From: Dehalococcoidia bacterium
GTDB lineage: Bacteria; Chloroflexota; Dehalococcoidia; GIF9; AB-539-J10
Assembly: GCA_030610855.1 (NCBI GenBank)
Contig: JAUWQY010000002.1
Location: 24,082-88,081 of the forward strand
Length of the DNA stretch: 64,000 bases
Direction of reading: 5' to 3'
Shown: positions 28,908-38,025 of the stretch, one piece after another
How the letters are laid out: each line of letters starts with the position of its first letter
How positions within the stretch are numbered: position 1 is the first letter of the stretch
Notes under the pieces: model-generated
What the model saw: the letters and a program-made list of their open reading frames with translations, nothing else
What the model was told of the DNA's origin: nothing
The model's database searches: none
Translations under genes and position numbers: made by a program

Positions 28908-29906
28908 CTAGGCAAATACTTTTCTAATTTGATTCCAGTAAGTAGTGTTGTGTAAAAGAGATTTTATACTAGCTTCATCTAGTTTATTGTCATCGTTCAT
29001 TGGTAACCAAATCTTTGTCGTTGCTTCAAACTTGGTTTTATAACATTGGCGACCATAAGAATAACGCCATCTTTGCCGATTTAACGCAAACGCAATAAAA
29101 AATAAGGTCTCTCTCCCTAAAGGATATTTCGGAGAAAGTACAAGCACATTGTCAGTTGCGATAAAACTACTCAGTTGAACAAAGGCATCTCCCCCTACAG
29201 TGCTAATTGTTATTCTGCTTCTGGGATATATGTTAGCTTTATCAGGAATCTCAAAGAATCCTACAGTGCCGTTATCCCCACTAACACGGGATACCGTTCG
29301 ATGGACACCTGAAGCTAATGCCGATAACGAATGGAAGTCTCCCCGCTTGACATTGAACAGTTCACTAATGTCCATACTTTTCCATTGAAATATAGATAGG
29401 GCTAATGAACCCCTTTTACCCTTGGGCGGAAGCAATGAACGGTAATCCATCAAGAATTGTTCAGCTATAGCATCTTGGTCAATATCCTTTTCACCATTTT
29501 CTCTTTCCACAACTGGCATCTGTATTGTGATATTGGACAATTTATTACGGAAGCATTTTCTCCCGAAGTTATAACGCCATTTCATCGCATTAAGTGACGT
29601 TGCGATATAGAGTAAAGTGCTCTCTAACATAGGAATTCGTGGTTTTAGCACCGCAACATCATCCTTTGCACCAAACTCATACGGGTGGAATTTAGCTAAT
29701 AACGGTTGCCCATTATAAGCAACTGTAAGACTATGTTGATACCGTTTCTCCTGTGGAATGTCGAAATATCCAACCAACCCATTATCAGTATCCCCACAGG
29801 AAATTAAGGGTACATCTCCAAGTTCTAATTCCTTTGTAGCGTGAAAATCACCTGACTTAATGGTAAATAAGGCATCAACTGTCTTTGCCTCAAGTATCCA
29901 GTTCAT
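28908..29906 (-). CDS. Type IIB restriction-modification specificity (B/S-like) subunit with two target-recognition domains
   Basis: 332 aa; internal duplication. Each half has an F-x-[IV]-K-x-GDFH block. Each half also has an HsdS-like L-x-Y-I-A-x-S-L-N ... (R/K)-x-S/YGRxC(F/Y) ... I(Q/W)(M/L)P motif. Size matches the BcgI B subunit class; overlaps the upstream MTase gene by 4 nt. Confidence 0.65.
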   Translation of the reverse strand: MNWILEAKTVDALFTIKSGDFHATKELELGDVPLISCGDTDNGLVGYFDIPQEKRYQHSLTVAYNGQPLLAKFHPYEFGAKDDVAVLKPRIPMLESTLLYIATSLNAMKWRYNFGRKCFRNKLSNITIQMPVVERENGEKDIDQDAIAEQFLMDYRSLLPPKGKRGSLALSIFQWKSMDISELFNVKRGDFHSLSALASGVHRTVSRVSGDNGTVGFFEIPDKANIYPRSRITISTVGGDAFVQLSSFIATDNVLVLSPKYPLGRETLFFIAFALNRQRWRYSYGRQCYKTKFEATTKIWLPMNDDNKLDEASIKSLLHNTTYWNQIRKVFA

Positions 29907-31792
29907 TCTTCTTTTCCAAACCTTATTAAGAACGCTACTGCATCCCTTACCACTTGTTCAATACCCTGTTGAGTTTCCTCCATACTTGGTTGTGCTTGGT
30001 CTAAGTGATTTTCAGGAACCAACTCGAGGAGTTTATCAGAAAAGTCTATCGGACACGCCTTCTGCCTCATTTGAATATTCGGTACTGAGCATGATGGATT
30101 AGTAAGGAATGTTCTAATCAAATCACTTGAGTCGTACAGTTCGTTAGTCGTCCTATCAGTGGGAAGCCGTTTGCCCTTGCTTTTGAGTAATCCATCTGTG
30201 AGTGTCCTTACCCATAAGACGTTTTGCTCAATAGGATGGGGTATTCCCTTACGGATAAATACGCCTACTGTTGTAACACCAACTGGATAGAACATATCTA
30301 CAGGGAAAGTAACCACAGCACAAAGAGTGTGGTTAGCTAATAGTGAATCACGACGCCAGGTGAGGTATTGACCTGGTTTCACCATAGCAGGATATGGTAG
30401 TACTGAAAATAAGAGACCTCCGTGTTGTATTTGCCCTAGTGCTTGGTCTATGAATCTGAATTCTTTCTCAGCATCACGTTTCAAGGCGAAGGGGGGATTC
30501 ATCATTACCTTTGTCACGGGCGGGTTGCCGGAGAGCGTCTGCGCATATCTTGCTGTAGGAAGCCCACTCTCAGTGTGAGGAATGAGGAATTTCTTGAAAC
30601 AGTCTCCTTCTTGTATATTGTTCTTGCCATCCCCCCTGAAAATCATGTTTACTACTGCTAGTGCTGCAACCCCAGCTTCCTGCTCAATGCCAAATACCGA
30701 TAATCGTTTGAAGCGGGCTAATTGAGAAGGACTAGCTCGCCTTTTCACATAGTCAAACGCTGCAACTAAGAAACCGCCTGTCCCACACGTGGGGTCGTAT
30801 ATTGTATCCGTAATCTGTATATCCATGACATCAGCAACCCATCGTGTCAAGTGACGTGGCGTAAGAACTATGCCAAGGTCTTGCGCCCAGCTAGCATACT
30901 TTAGAAATACCTCGTAAAATGCACCTAACCAATCCGCTCCTGAGTTCATTGCTGAGCGGATATTTAGGTTATTAAGTTCCTGGAGAGTATCCACTAAGGC
31001 TCGACGCAATTTTGCATGGTTGTCAACTGTAGAGGGCAACCTAATTCTGATATAGTCATAGAATTCAGGCTTGCCTTGGTCTTTTAGAATACTGTCAACA
31101 CGAGAATTGATGTCACCGATTAGTATATCGGGACGGCGCTCGTCTATATTGGGGGGAGTACCGCTTAGCATGGATAGCAATAAGGCGGCCATAACACCTG
31201 CTCTCTGATGCGGGTTGACTGCGCCTAAATGAAGAATTTCGTTGATATGCTCAGCGCGGGAAATGAATAGGCCTTCATCTATTTCTGGCTCTGCGATGTC
31301 TGCAATCCCATTCTTTAACATAAGTTCAAGTTGAGACTGAGGCAATAATCCTGTTGCCTCAATCTCGTTCAAGGTGATTGGGATAAATGTACTACCATCG
31401 AAGAATTCACTCCGTACTAGGAAAGAATCAATCTCATTGCCAGCTACACCAGTAACGAACCTAGCATCATATCGATCGCTTTGGGCAAATCGCTTGGCAT
31501 AATCCTCTGCCTCTGAAAGTGCTCGCCGAAGCTCACTATGAGAACGCTTCGCCTCAATAATCCAAAGCACACGCTCAGTAACTTTCACTATATTCTCTGG
31601 TTTGTCTAGGTTAAGGCACTTCTTTATTTCAGGATTCGATAGGCACTCGTTTTGTGTCCACACTTGACCAGTATCACACCTTTCAGGGTTACGAACATCC
31701 CAACCAAGAAGACGCAGATTACGCTTAATAAATTCGTAGGCATGGACTTCACTATCTTTGGGTTTATGTGCCATCAATCTTTGACCTCCCAT
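29903..31792 (-). CDS. Type IIB (BcgI-like) restriction-modification A subunit: N-terminal PD-(D/E)xK nuclease plus gamma-class N6-adenine DNA methyltransferase
   Basis: 629 aa; AdoMet motif I DPTCGTGGFL and catalytic motif IV NPPF in gamma-class order; N-terminal D ... IIEAKR (PD-ExK-like) segment; size and partner gene match the BcgI A/B architecture. Confidence 0.7.
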   Translation of the reverse strand: MGGQRLMAHKPKDSEVHAYEFIKRNLRLLGWDVRNPERCDTGQVWTQNECLSNPEIKKCLNLDKPENIVKVTERVLWIIEAKRSHSELRRALSEAEDYAKRFAQSDRYDARFVTGVAGNEIDSFLVRSEFFDGSTFIPITLNEIEATGLLPQSQLELMLKNGIADIAEPEIDEGLFISRAEHINEILHLGAVNPHQRAGVMAALLLSMLSGTPPNIDERRPDILIGDINSRVDSILKDQGKPEFYDYIRIRLPSTVDNHAKLRRALVDTLQELNNLNIRSAMNSGADWLGAFYEVFLKYASWAQDLGIVLTPRHLTRWVADVMDIQITDTIYDPTCGTGGFLVAAFDYVKRRASPSQLARFKRLSVFGIEQEAGVAALAVVNMIFRGDGKNNIQEGDCFKKFLIPHTESGLPTARYAQTLSGNPPVTKVMMNPPFALKRDAEKEFRFIDQALGQIQHGGLLFSVLPYPAMVKPGQYLTWRRDSLLANHTLCAVVTFPVDMFYPVGVTTVGVFIRKGIPHPIEQNVLWVRTLTDGLLKSKGKRLPTDRTTNELYDSSDLIRTFLTNPSCSVPNIQMRQKACPIDFSDKLLELVPENHLDQAQPSMEETQQGIEQVVRDAVAFLIRFGKEE

Positions 31793-32034
31793 CCCTGACC
31801 AGCCTTATCATATTGCTTCTTCTTCGGTATTCGTTTCCGTTTGAGAAGCCCATCAAGTGATGCGAGAACTGACTGTAAATTAGCAGGAGACCTTTTGCCT
31901 TGATTCCAGGATTCGACTGTGCGTGTAGCTTGCCCTATCTCTCGAGCAATATTGGCAAGTGTCCAGCCTTTTTGTTGAAGCTCAAGAAGTTTGGCTTGTA
32001 CTTTGTCGTTATTCACTTGCTGGTATTCTACCAT
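31774..32034 (-). CDS. XRE-family helix-turn-helix regulator (C-protein-like controller of the RM operon)
   Basis: About 87 aa from the ATG at 32034; HTH GWTLANIAREIGQATRTVESWNQGKRSP; overlaps the MTase start by 19 nt. The ORF-track start at 32259 is likely an over-extension through AT-rich sequence. Confidence 0.6.
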   Translation of the reverse strand: MVEYQQVNNDKVQAKLLELQQKGWTLANIAREIGQATRTVESWNQGKRSPANLQSVLASLDGLLKRKRIPKKKQYDKAGQGWEVKD

Positions 32035-32138
32035 ACAATGTGTGTTATTATCAATAAGTATTAGGAGAATATTTTTGTGTTTTTTTGTAGAATTGGTAGC
32101 AAAAGGTATTGATGAAGTCATACATTGTGTGTTATTAT
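32032..32138. repeat. 20-nt direct repeat (CATACA[A/T]TGTGTGTTATTAT) x2, 87 nt apart, spanning the HTH gene start and its upstream region
   Basis: Copies at 32032-32051 and 32119-32138 with a single mismatch; each contains an in-frame ATG on the minus strand. Confidence 0.6.
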
Positions 32139-32776
32139 AAATACAGAACAGGGAATGAGCAGGAGAATTGAAATGGAATTTTGGAAAGAAAAAGGACCGG
32201 CAATAGCGGAATCTGACACAGTTAAGGAAAACAAGCTGGGATGGCAAGTTCCCTCCCAATCGGGTACAAAGCCCCCTTGACGGGAGAGGATTAAGGTAAG
32301 GGTGATATCCCCCTCCCTCTAACTCCCTCGCACCGGGGGAGGGAGAAATTATGAGGAGTTTTGCAGTTAACTATGATTAGCGATACATGCATTAGCTTCG
32401 CTGCTTTCGTGCTGTTCTCAATTCCTCTACTATCCTGGGCAATATCTCACCCGTCTGTCCCTGAAGAAGGCAGTCTGATACACCTTCGTGGGTGAGTGGT
32501 GTAGGCTCTGCGTGTCTCTTGAAGCCCAAGCATTTCCTGCCAGTACGCCCCCCCCCTGGGGTCTTTCAGGAAAAGGTCGTGTCTTTGATAAGCCCTGGCC
32601 TCTGCCTCCTTGTTTGTGGTCCACACCCCTTTTGGTCCCCCCGACAAGTCGGGGTATGCCTGATTCAGTCGACATACCGGCCCCGCTCAGTGCAATGGCA
32701 TACCTGCTTTCCACCAAATCCTCTGCTCCCTGCCTGACCAGGCTTTCCGTTACTCACCCCACCATCACGGTCATCT

Positions 32777-33445
32777 CTAACAAACTGCCGCCTGCTCCTG
32801 CTTTCTTGCTCTGAACAGGATCACCCTGACTGCGATCAAAGCTAGTAAGCCCGAGACAAGAAGTATCTTTCTATCGAGAGGCATGACAGGCCAGAAGCCT
32901 TGCCAAGCGGCATCCATTACCTCTATCAGCTCGATTCGAGGAACCTGGAATTGCGTTTCACCTGTCTGAGGGTCGCGTTGGTAGAACATCACATCAGGAT
33001 TCTCAATGGGGGTCTCCACTTTGCTCTCATACTCCACCCATATATGCATGGGCGACATATTGACTCGATAGGGGATGCCTTTCGCTTCCAGAACAGAAGC
33101 CAGAACCAGAGCCCGGCCTTTGCAATCTCCCCTCTCCCGCTCCAGCACTTCCTGAACGGTAGGGAAGTACCAGGGCATGCCATAGACCTCCCAATCATAA
33201 CCATAAGGTATCCTGGCCAGGACTGCCTTCTCAACAGCTACAGGATCAGAAGGAAGATCATCGAGCATGACCTCGACGGCGCCGGGATCAACACGTAGGT
33301 GAGCAGCCCTTTGGATGCTGATGATTATGTTCAGAGGATTGGGATACAACACAACAAGAATCCAGAGGATGATAAACAAAGGAAAATAGCGCCGGAAAAC
33401 CCTCTTCCCCGCAATCTTCCGTCCTGGCCTGCTACTATCCCGCAT
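32777..33445 (-). CDS. membrane-anchored transglutaminase-like domain protein
   Basis: 222 aa; TM helices at the N- and C-termini; ERGDCKGRALVLASVLEAKGIPYRV resembles the transglutaminase-like cysteine-protease core. Confidence 0.5.
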   Translation of the reverse strand: MRDSSRPGRKIAGKRVFRRYFPLFIILWILVVLYPNPLNIIISIQRAAHLRVDPGAVEVMLDDLPSDPVAVEKAVLARIPYGYDWEVYGMPWYFPTVQEVLERERGDCKGRALVLASVLEAKGIPYRVNMSPMHIWVEYESKVETPIENPDVMFYQRDPQTGETQFQVPRIELIEVMDAAWQGFWPVMPLDRKILLVSGLLALIAVRVILFRARKQEQAAVC

Positions 33446-33660
33446 TTCTCTCCTTCAACTCTTGATCTACCTCTTCAACGGCGAGTTTGGCCATCAAGTT
33501 GATATGCTCAAATGTGTCCTCACGGAGCAGCGGAAACGCGCCATGCGTTGTCCCTGCAATGCTTGATTGGCAATCGCAGTTCATAGACAGCAACTTCCTC
33601 TCGGTACGGTGCCCAATCTATCCTCCATTCTGCCTATCCCGGCCTAGATGAGCAGCACAG

Positions 33661-34065
33661 CTAGCCTTTATCACGATCGATGTTAGAGAGAGGCCGCCTC
33701 CTTCGCTCTATCCGGCGCAGAGTCCTCTCATCGAGGCCGAAGTGATGGGCCAGCTCATGACGGACTACGTCCCCTATTTTCACCTCAACCTCCTTCTCGG
33801 AGTTACACTGTGTCTCTATCGGCTTCTGGAAGATACTTATCTTATCGGGAAGCACCATTCCGTAACTCCTGCCTCGCTTGGTTTGGGGCACGCCCTCATA
33901 AAGCCCCAATAACTGCCGACGATTAGCAAGCTTAACCTGCCGGAGCTGCCTTGGCGTCGGCCAATCCTGTATCACAATATCAACATTTTCCAGTTTGTGC
34001 CGAAACTCCGGCGGCAGATTGTCGATCGCCTGCGCAATAAGAATCTCAAACTTCTCTCTCTCCAT
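33661..34065 (-). CDS. zincin-like metallopeptidase family protein (DUF1025 type)
   Basis: 134 aa; HELAHHFG zinc-binding HExxH motif near the C-terminus. Confidence 0.55.
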   Translation of the reverse strand: MEREKFEILIAQAIDNLPPEFRHKLENVDIVIQDWPTPRQLRQVKLANRRQLLGLYEGVPQTKRGRSYGMVLPDKISIFQKPIETQCNSEKEVEVKIGDVVRHELAHHFGLDERTLRRIERRRRPLSNIDRDKG

Positions 34066-34170
34066 GTCTGGAAATCACAGGTACCGCAGGTAAGCACAAC
34101 AGGCTACCATCACTCTACCACGGAAGGTTGTTATCAGACAAATGAGGGCCACCAACGGTATCACTCGAAG

Positions 34171-34230
34171 TTGACTTTTTTGACTGTACTGGGTATAACA
34201 CTAGACATACCTCGGTTCACGATGTATAAT
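34171..34230 (+). promoter_or_regulatory. two tandem sigma70-like promoters upstream of aroH (TTGACT-17-TATAAC; TAGACA-17-TGTATAAT)
   Basis: -35 TTGACT at 34171-34176 with -10 TATAAC at 34194-34199; second -35-like TAGACA at 34202-34207 with an extended -10 TGTATAAT at 34223-34230. Confidence 0.4.
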
Positions 34231-34326
34231 GGTGTTAGCTTAGCCCGGCGTCAAGGCGAGCCTTGTTGACGAAGGATGACAAATGGTATAGGCTGTTATT
34301 CAGGTCTGAGAAGAGGAGACGTCAGA

Positions 34327-34710
34327 TTGCGATGCCGTGGAATCAGAGGTGCTATCACAGTTTCAACGAATGAAAAGGAGAGCATCTTGGCCGCAGCCAA
34401 AGAGTTGCTTGTGGAGATGACACAGGCCAACAGAATCGGAGTTGAGGACATAGCTGCCATTCTTTTCACCACCACGCCAGACCTGAATGTTGAGTTTCCT
34501 GCCGCGGCCACACGCGAGCTAGGATGGCCACCCAACTTGGCTTTGCTTTGCAGCCATGAGATGAACGTCGCTCACGATCTGCCCCACTGCCTGAGGATTC
34601 TGATGCTCATAAACACTGAGAAGGGGCTTGACGAGGTCAAGCATGTTTACTTAGGAGAGGCGAAGAGGCTGAAGAACGAAACGTCGCTGTCAATCGGAGG
34701 CAACACATGA
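34327..34710 (+). CDS. aroH: chorismate mutase, AroH class
   Basis: TTG start with GAGGAG SD. N-terminus (M)RCRGIRGAITV matches B. subtilis AroH MMIRGIRGATTV; TTPDLNVEFPAAATRELGW matches ATPDLHAVFPAKAVREL. The ORF-track start at 34276 is probably too far upstream. Confidence 0.8.
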   Translation: MRCRGIRGAITVSTNEKESILAAAKELLVEMTQANRIGVEDIAAILFTTTPDLNVEFPAAATRELGWPPNLALLCSHEMNVAHDLPHCLRILMLINTEKGLDEVKHVYLGEAKRLKNETSLSIGGNT

Positions 34711-35747
34711 TTGTAATCATGAGAATCGGCTGCAGCCAAGATGAAATTAGCCGGGTCACGAACAGAATCGTGGACGCCGGTCTGAGGGTATACGTACCGC
34801 ATGGTGTCGAACGTATGGTTATCGGCGTGGTAGGACAAGCTTTCCCTGGACTTCGCGATGCGCTGGAATCGCTCCCCGGTGTGGATCAGGTCATACCCGT
34901 GACCAAACCTTACCAGCTTGCCAGTCGGGAGTTCCATCCCGAGGACACCATAGTTGAGCTGGATGGCGTAACTATCGGTGGCAGTGAAATAGTCATCATG
35001 GCTGGACCCTGCGCCGTAGAAAGCGAGGAGCAACTTCTGCTCACTGCGCAAGCGGTCAAGGCAGCCGGGGCCACTGTGCTGCGCGGCGGTGCCTTCAAAC
35101 CACGCACCTCTCCCTATGAGTTTCGCGGACTGGGAGAACGGGGGCTCAGGATACTGGCACAGGTGGGCGAGGAAACTCAAATGCCCATAGTCACCGAGGT
35201 CATGGCGCCGCACGACGTTGATCTAGTAGCCCGATACGCCGATATACTCCAGATTGGAAGCAGAAACATGCAGAATTTCGTTCTGCTCGATGAGGTGGGA
35301 AGAACGAGGAAGCCAGTCTTGCTCAAACGTGGTTTGTCAGCAAACATCCAGGAGTGGTTACTGGCCGCTGAATATGTTCTGGTGCAAGGAAATGAACAGG
35401 TTATCCTCTGTGAACGTGGTATCAGAACGTTTGAGAATTATGCCCGTAATACTATGGACATTACCGCTATACCGATTATCGAGAGGGTCAGCCATCTGCC
35501 GATTATCGCCGATCCCAGCCACGCCGCAGGCAAATGGTACTTGGTATCCCCGCTGGCGCTAGCCGCGGTAGCTGCCGGAGCAGACGGACTTCTCATAGAA
35601 GTCCATCCTAATCCTGACATGGCGCTTGCTGATGGTGCTCAATCACTTACCTTTGACAATTTCCGCCTCTTGATGTCTCAATTACAACCCATAGCTGAAG
35701 CCAGGAGTAGAAAGCTAGCTATGCCAGCCGTGAGGGTCAACCCCTGA
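34707..35747 (+). CDS. 3-deoxy-7-phosphoheptulonate (DAHP) synthase, class I-beta, with N-terminal ferredoxin-like regulatory domain
   Basis: 346 aa; KDO8PS/DAHPS I-beta core (MAGPCAVES, LRGGAFKPRTSPY, ADPSH); about 70 aa N-terminal extension as in Thermotoga-type DAHPS. Confidence 0.9.
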   Translation: MIVIMRIGCSQDEISRVTNRIVDAGLRVYVPHGVERMVIGVVGQAFPGLRDALESLPGVDQVIPVTKPYQLASREFHPEDTIVELDGVTIGGSEIVIMAGPCAVESEEQLLLTAQAVKAAGATVLRGGAFKPRTSPYEFRGLGERGLRILAQVGEETQMPIVTEVMAPHDVDLVARYADILQIGSRNMQNFVLLDEVGRTRKPVLLKRGLSANIQEWLLAAEYVLVQGNEQVILCERGIRTFENYARNTMDITAIPIIERVSHLPIIADPSHAAGKWYLVSPLALAAVAAGADGLLIEVHPNPDMALADGAQSLTFDNFRLLMSQLQPIAEARSRKLAMPAVRVNP

Positions 35748-35751
35748 GATC

Positions 35752-36681
35752 ATGCCAATCGAGCCAGAGCTAGTTAGCATAGCTCCCCAAAGAGAAACAC
35801 TTCTTACCATAGGCGTGTTTGACGGTGTCCACGCCGGGCATCGCTACCTGCTGGAACGATTGCAGCTGCGAGCGGCGGAGAAATCCCTGCTTAGCGCAGT
35901 ACTTACCTTCAACCCTCATCCTCAATCGGTGTTACATCCGCAGAGTCAGCTGCGCTGGCTAAGCGACGTGGAAGACAGAGTCAAGTCCCTTCAAGGGCTA
36001 GGCATAGACCTGGTCGCAGTGCTCACATTCAGTCCGGAGGTAGCCCGGCTGAGTGCCCGCGAGTTCATGTCCTTAGTTAGGAAATATCTCAGGATGCGCG
36101 GCGTTATGGTGGGACCTGACTTTGCATTAGGACGAGGACGGGAAGGCAGTATTCACCTGCTCCACACGCTGGGATGCGAACTGGAGTTCAGCGTGGAAAC
36201 TATCCCCCCTTATACTATAAACGGCGAAGTAGTGAGCAGCACTCTTATCCGCCAGGCATTAGCTGAAGGAGATACGAGAAAGGTACACAGATTAATGGGG
36301 CGCTATTTCCATGTTCGAGGCACAGTTATCACTTCCGACAAACGCGGACGAGTTCTGGGCTTTCCCACCGCAAATCTGGACATCAAGCCCCAGCAAGCCT
36401 TACCAGGCAACGGAATCTATGCTACTATCACTCGGATAGATGGCAAGCAATTCCCTTCAGCAACTAGCATCGGCACCCGCCCTACCTTTGGCGGCGGAAA
36501 GGAGACGGTGGAAACCTATTTGTTGGACTATGACGGGGATTTGTATGGCAAGGAGATGACGGTGGAGTTTGTGCAGAGACTGAGGGATGAGCAGTGCTTT
36601 TCCTCTTCGGAAGAACTGAAGACGCAGATCGAAAAAGATGTTCGAGAGGTAGAAGCAATCCTAGCCAAGGAAGCGAGATGA
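35752..36681 (+). CDS. ribF: bifunctional riboflavin kinase / FMN adenylyltransferase
   Basis: 309 aa; FAD-synthetase N-terminus (GVFDGVHAGHRYL) and riboflavin kinase C-terminus. Confidence 0.9.
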   Translation: MPIEPELVSIAPQRETLLTIGVFDGVHAGHRYLLERLQLRAAEKSLLSAVLTFNPHPQSVLHPQSQLRWLSDVEDRVKSLQGLGIDLVAVLTFSPEVARLSAREFMSLVRKYLRMRGVMVGPDFALGRGREGSIHLLHTLGCELEFSVETIPPYTINGEVVSSTLIRQALAEGDTRKVHRLMGRYFHVRGTVITSDKRGRVLGFPTANLDIKPQQALPGNGIYATITRIDGKQFPSATSIGTRPTFGGGKETVETYLLDYDGDLYGKEMTVEFVQRLRDEQCFSSSEELKTQIEKDVREVEAILAKEAR

Positions 36682-37886
36682 CTAAGGCAGAGTCTACCCG
36701 CATACTGACGCGAGGCGTAGCCGAGATCATAGTTGAGTCGGAGCTGAGAGGGTTGCTGAGCTCGGGGAGAGTTTTGACCCTGAAGCAGGGTTTCGACCCC
36801 AGTGCTCCTGACATTCACCTCGGACATGTAGTCGGTCTGAGAAAGCTGCGTCAATTTCAAGAACTGGGACATAAAGTAACTCTCATAGTCGGCGACTGGA
36901 CTGCAAGAATCGGTGACCCCAGCGGTCAGCTGGTTACCCGTCCCATGCTCTCGGTCAGCCAGGTAGAGAGCCATGCTCAGACCTACATGGAACAATTCTT
37001 CAAGGTGGTTGACAGGGACAATACGGAGCTAAGATGGCAAAGCGAATGGTTCTCCCGCTTCACTCTGGATGAAGTGATCAAACTCACGGGCAGATTCACT
37101 GTAGCGCAGGTCCTGGCCAGAGAGGATTTTAGCAGGCGGTATGGTTCCGGCAACCCGATATCTCTAGCCGAGATGCTTTACCCCTTGCTTCAAAGCTATG
37201 ACTCGGTAGCTATCAGGGCCGACGTGGAATTCGGCGGCATGGACCAGAAATTCAATTGTCTTATGGGCAGGGAACTGCAGCAAAGCATGGGGCAGCACCC
37301 TCAGCAGGTCTTTCTTGTTCCCCTCTTGATCGGCACCGATGGCAAACAGAAGATGAGCAAGAGCTTGAAGAACCACATAGGCATCGCTGAACCTCCGCAA
37401 GAAGTATATGGTAAGGTTATGTCCATCCCCGACCATCTTATCCTGGATTATTTTGAGCTGGTGACCGACGTTCCTGAAGAGGAGATCGCTGAGTTCAAGC
37501 AGCAGCTGAAAACTGATTCAGTTAACCCCATGAACCTTAAGAAACGATTGGCCTATGAGATTGTAAGGCAGTTCCACGGCAAACGGGCAGCGGATGAGGC
37601 ACAGGAGCATTTCACCCACGTATTCCAGAAGAGGGATACACCGGAAGAGGCACCCGAGTATGCCTTTGCCGCTAGCTATATCGGGAATGGACTTTTCCAG
37701 CTCGACATCGCTCCAACACTGCTCAGAGAAGGATTAGTTAAGGGTATCGGCGAGCTCAAGCGGCTCCTTGCCCAAAACGCAATCGAAGTAGATGGCAGCA
37801 AAATAACCAGCACTACAGTCAATGCCCGCCAGGGCAGCATCATAAAGATAGGAAAACGCCGCTTTGTCAGGATTGCTATTGAATAA
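36678..37886 (+). CDS. tyrS: tyrosyl-tRNA synthetase
   Basis: HIGH-like HLGH and KMSKS motifs; C-terminal S4 domain. Start at 36678 overlaps the ribF stop (ATGA); the ORF-track start at 36594 is an extension. Confidence 0.9.
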   Translation: MTKAESTRILTRGVAEIIVESELRGLLSSGRVLTLKQGFDPSAPDIHLGHVVGLRKLRQFQELGHKVTLIVGDWTARIGDPSGQLVTRPMLSVSQVESHAQTYMEQFFKVVDRDNTELRWQSEWFSRFTLDEVIKLTGRFTVAQVLAREDFSRRYGSGNPISLAEMLYPLLQSYDSVAIRADVEFGGMDQKFNCLMGRELQQSMGQHPQQVFLVPLLIGTDGKQKMSKSLKNHIGIAEPPQEVYGKVMSIPDHLILDYFELVTDVPEEEIAEFKQQLKTDSVNPMNLKKRLAYEIVRQFHGKRAADEAQEHFTHVFQKRDTPEEAPEYAFAASYIGNGLFQLDIAPTLLREGLVKGIGELKRLLAQNAIEVDGSKITSTTVNARQGSIIKIGKRRFVRIAIE

Positions 37887-38025
37887 CCACAGTCTTATGT
37901 CATCCTGAATCAGAGCAGAGCCTCTGGATTGCGATGGAATCAGGATCAAACTCCTCGCCTGGCTGATAATGACACGAGGTGGAGTACGCTGAATGACAGG
38001 GACACTGAACAGGAGGAAACAAGAG

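Larger units (their letters stand above)
26972..32300. other. low-GC genomic island carrying an RM plus accessory module (probable horizontally acquired defence island)
   Basis: Visibly AT-rich compared with the flanks; five tightly packed minus-strand genes plus a membrane protein gene; no integrase or transposase seen. Confidence 0.6.

Noticed and set aside
31774-32259. 161 aa version of the island HTH ORF
   Set aside because: The N-terminal 75 residues are low-complexity translation of AT-rich promoter DNA. The HTH begins right after the Met at 32034, which fits normal ~85 aa XRE/C-proteins. The in-frame ATG at 32121 is noted as an alternative.
26972-32430. Search for a tRNA gene, integrase or flanking att direct repeats at the island boundaries
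   Set aside because: No tRNA-like cloverleaf or T-loop (GTTCRANYC) found by eye. The only shared flank similarity (AGTTAACT-containing approx 18-mers at about 27009 and about 32365) is too weak to call an att site.
32430-32814. Four overlapping 66-108 aa ORFs on both strands in the GC-rich region
   Set aside because: Mutually exclusive frames, Pro/Gly/Arg-rich translations, no start-site signals. Treated as non-coding (see the finding on the GC-rich stretch).
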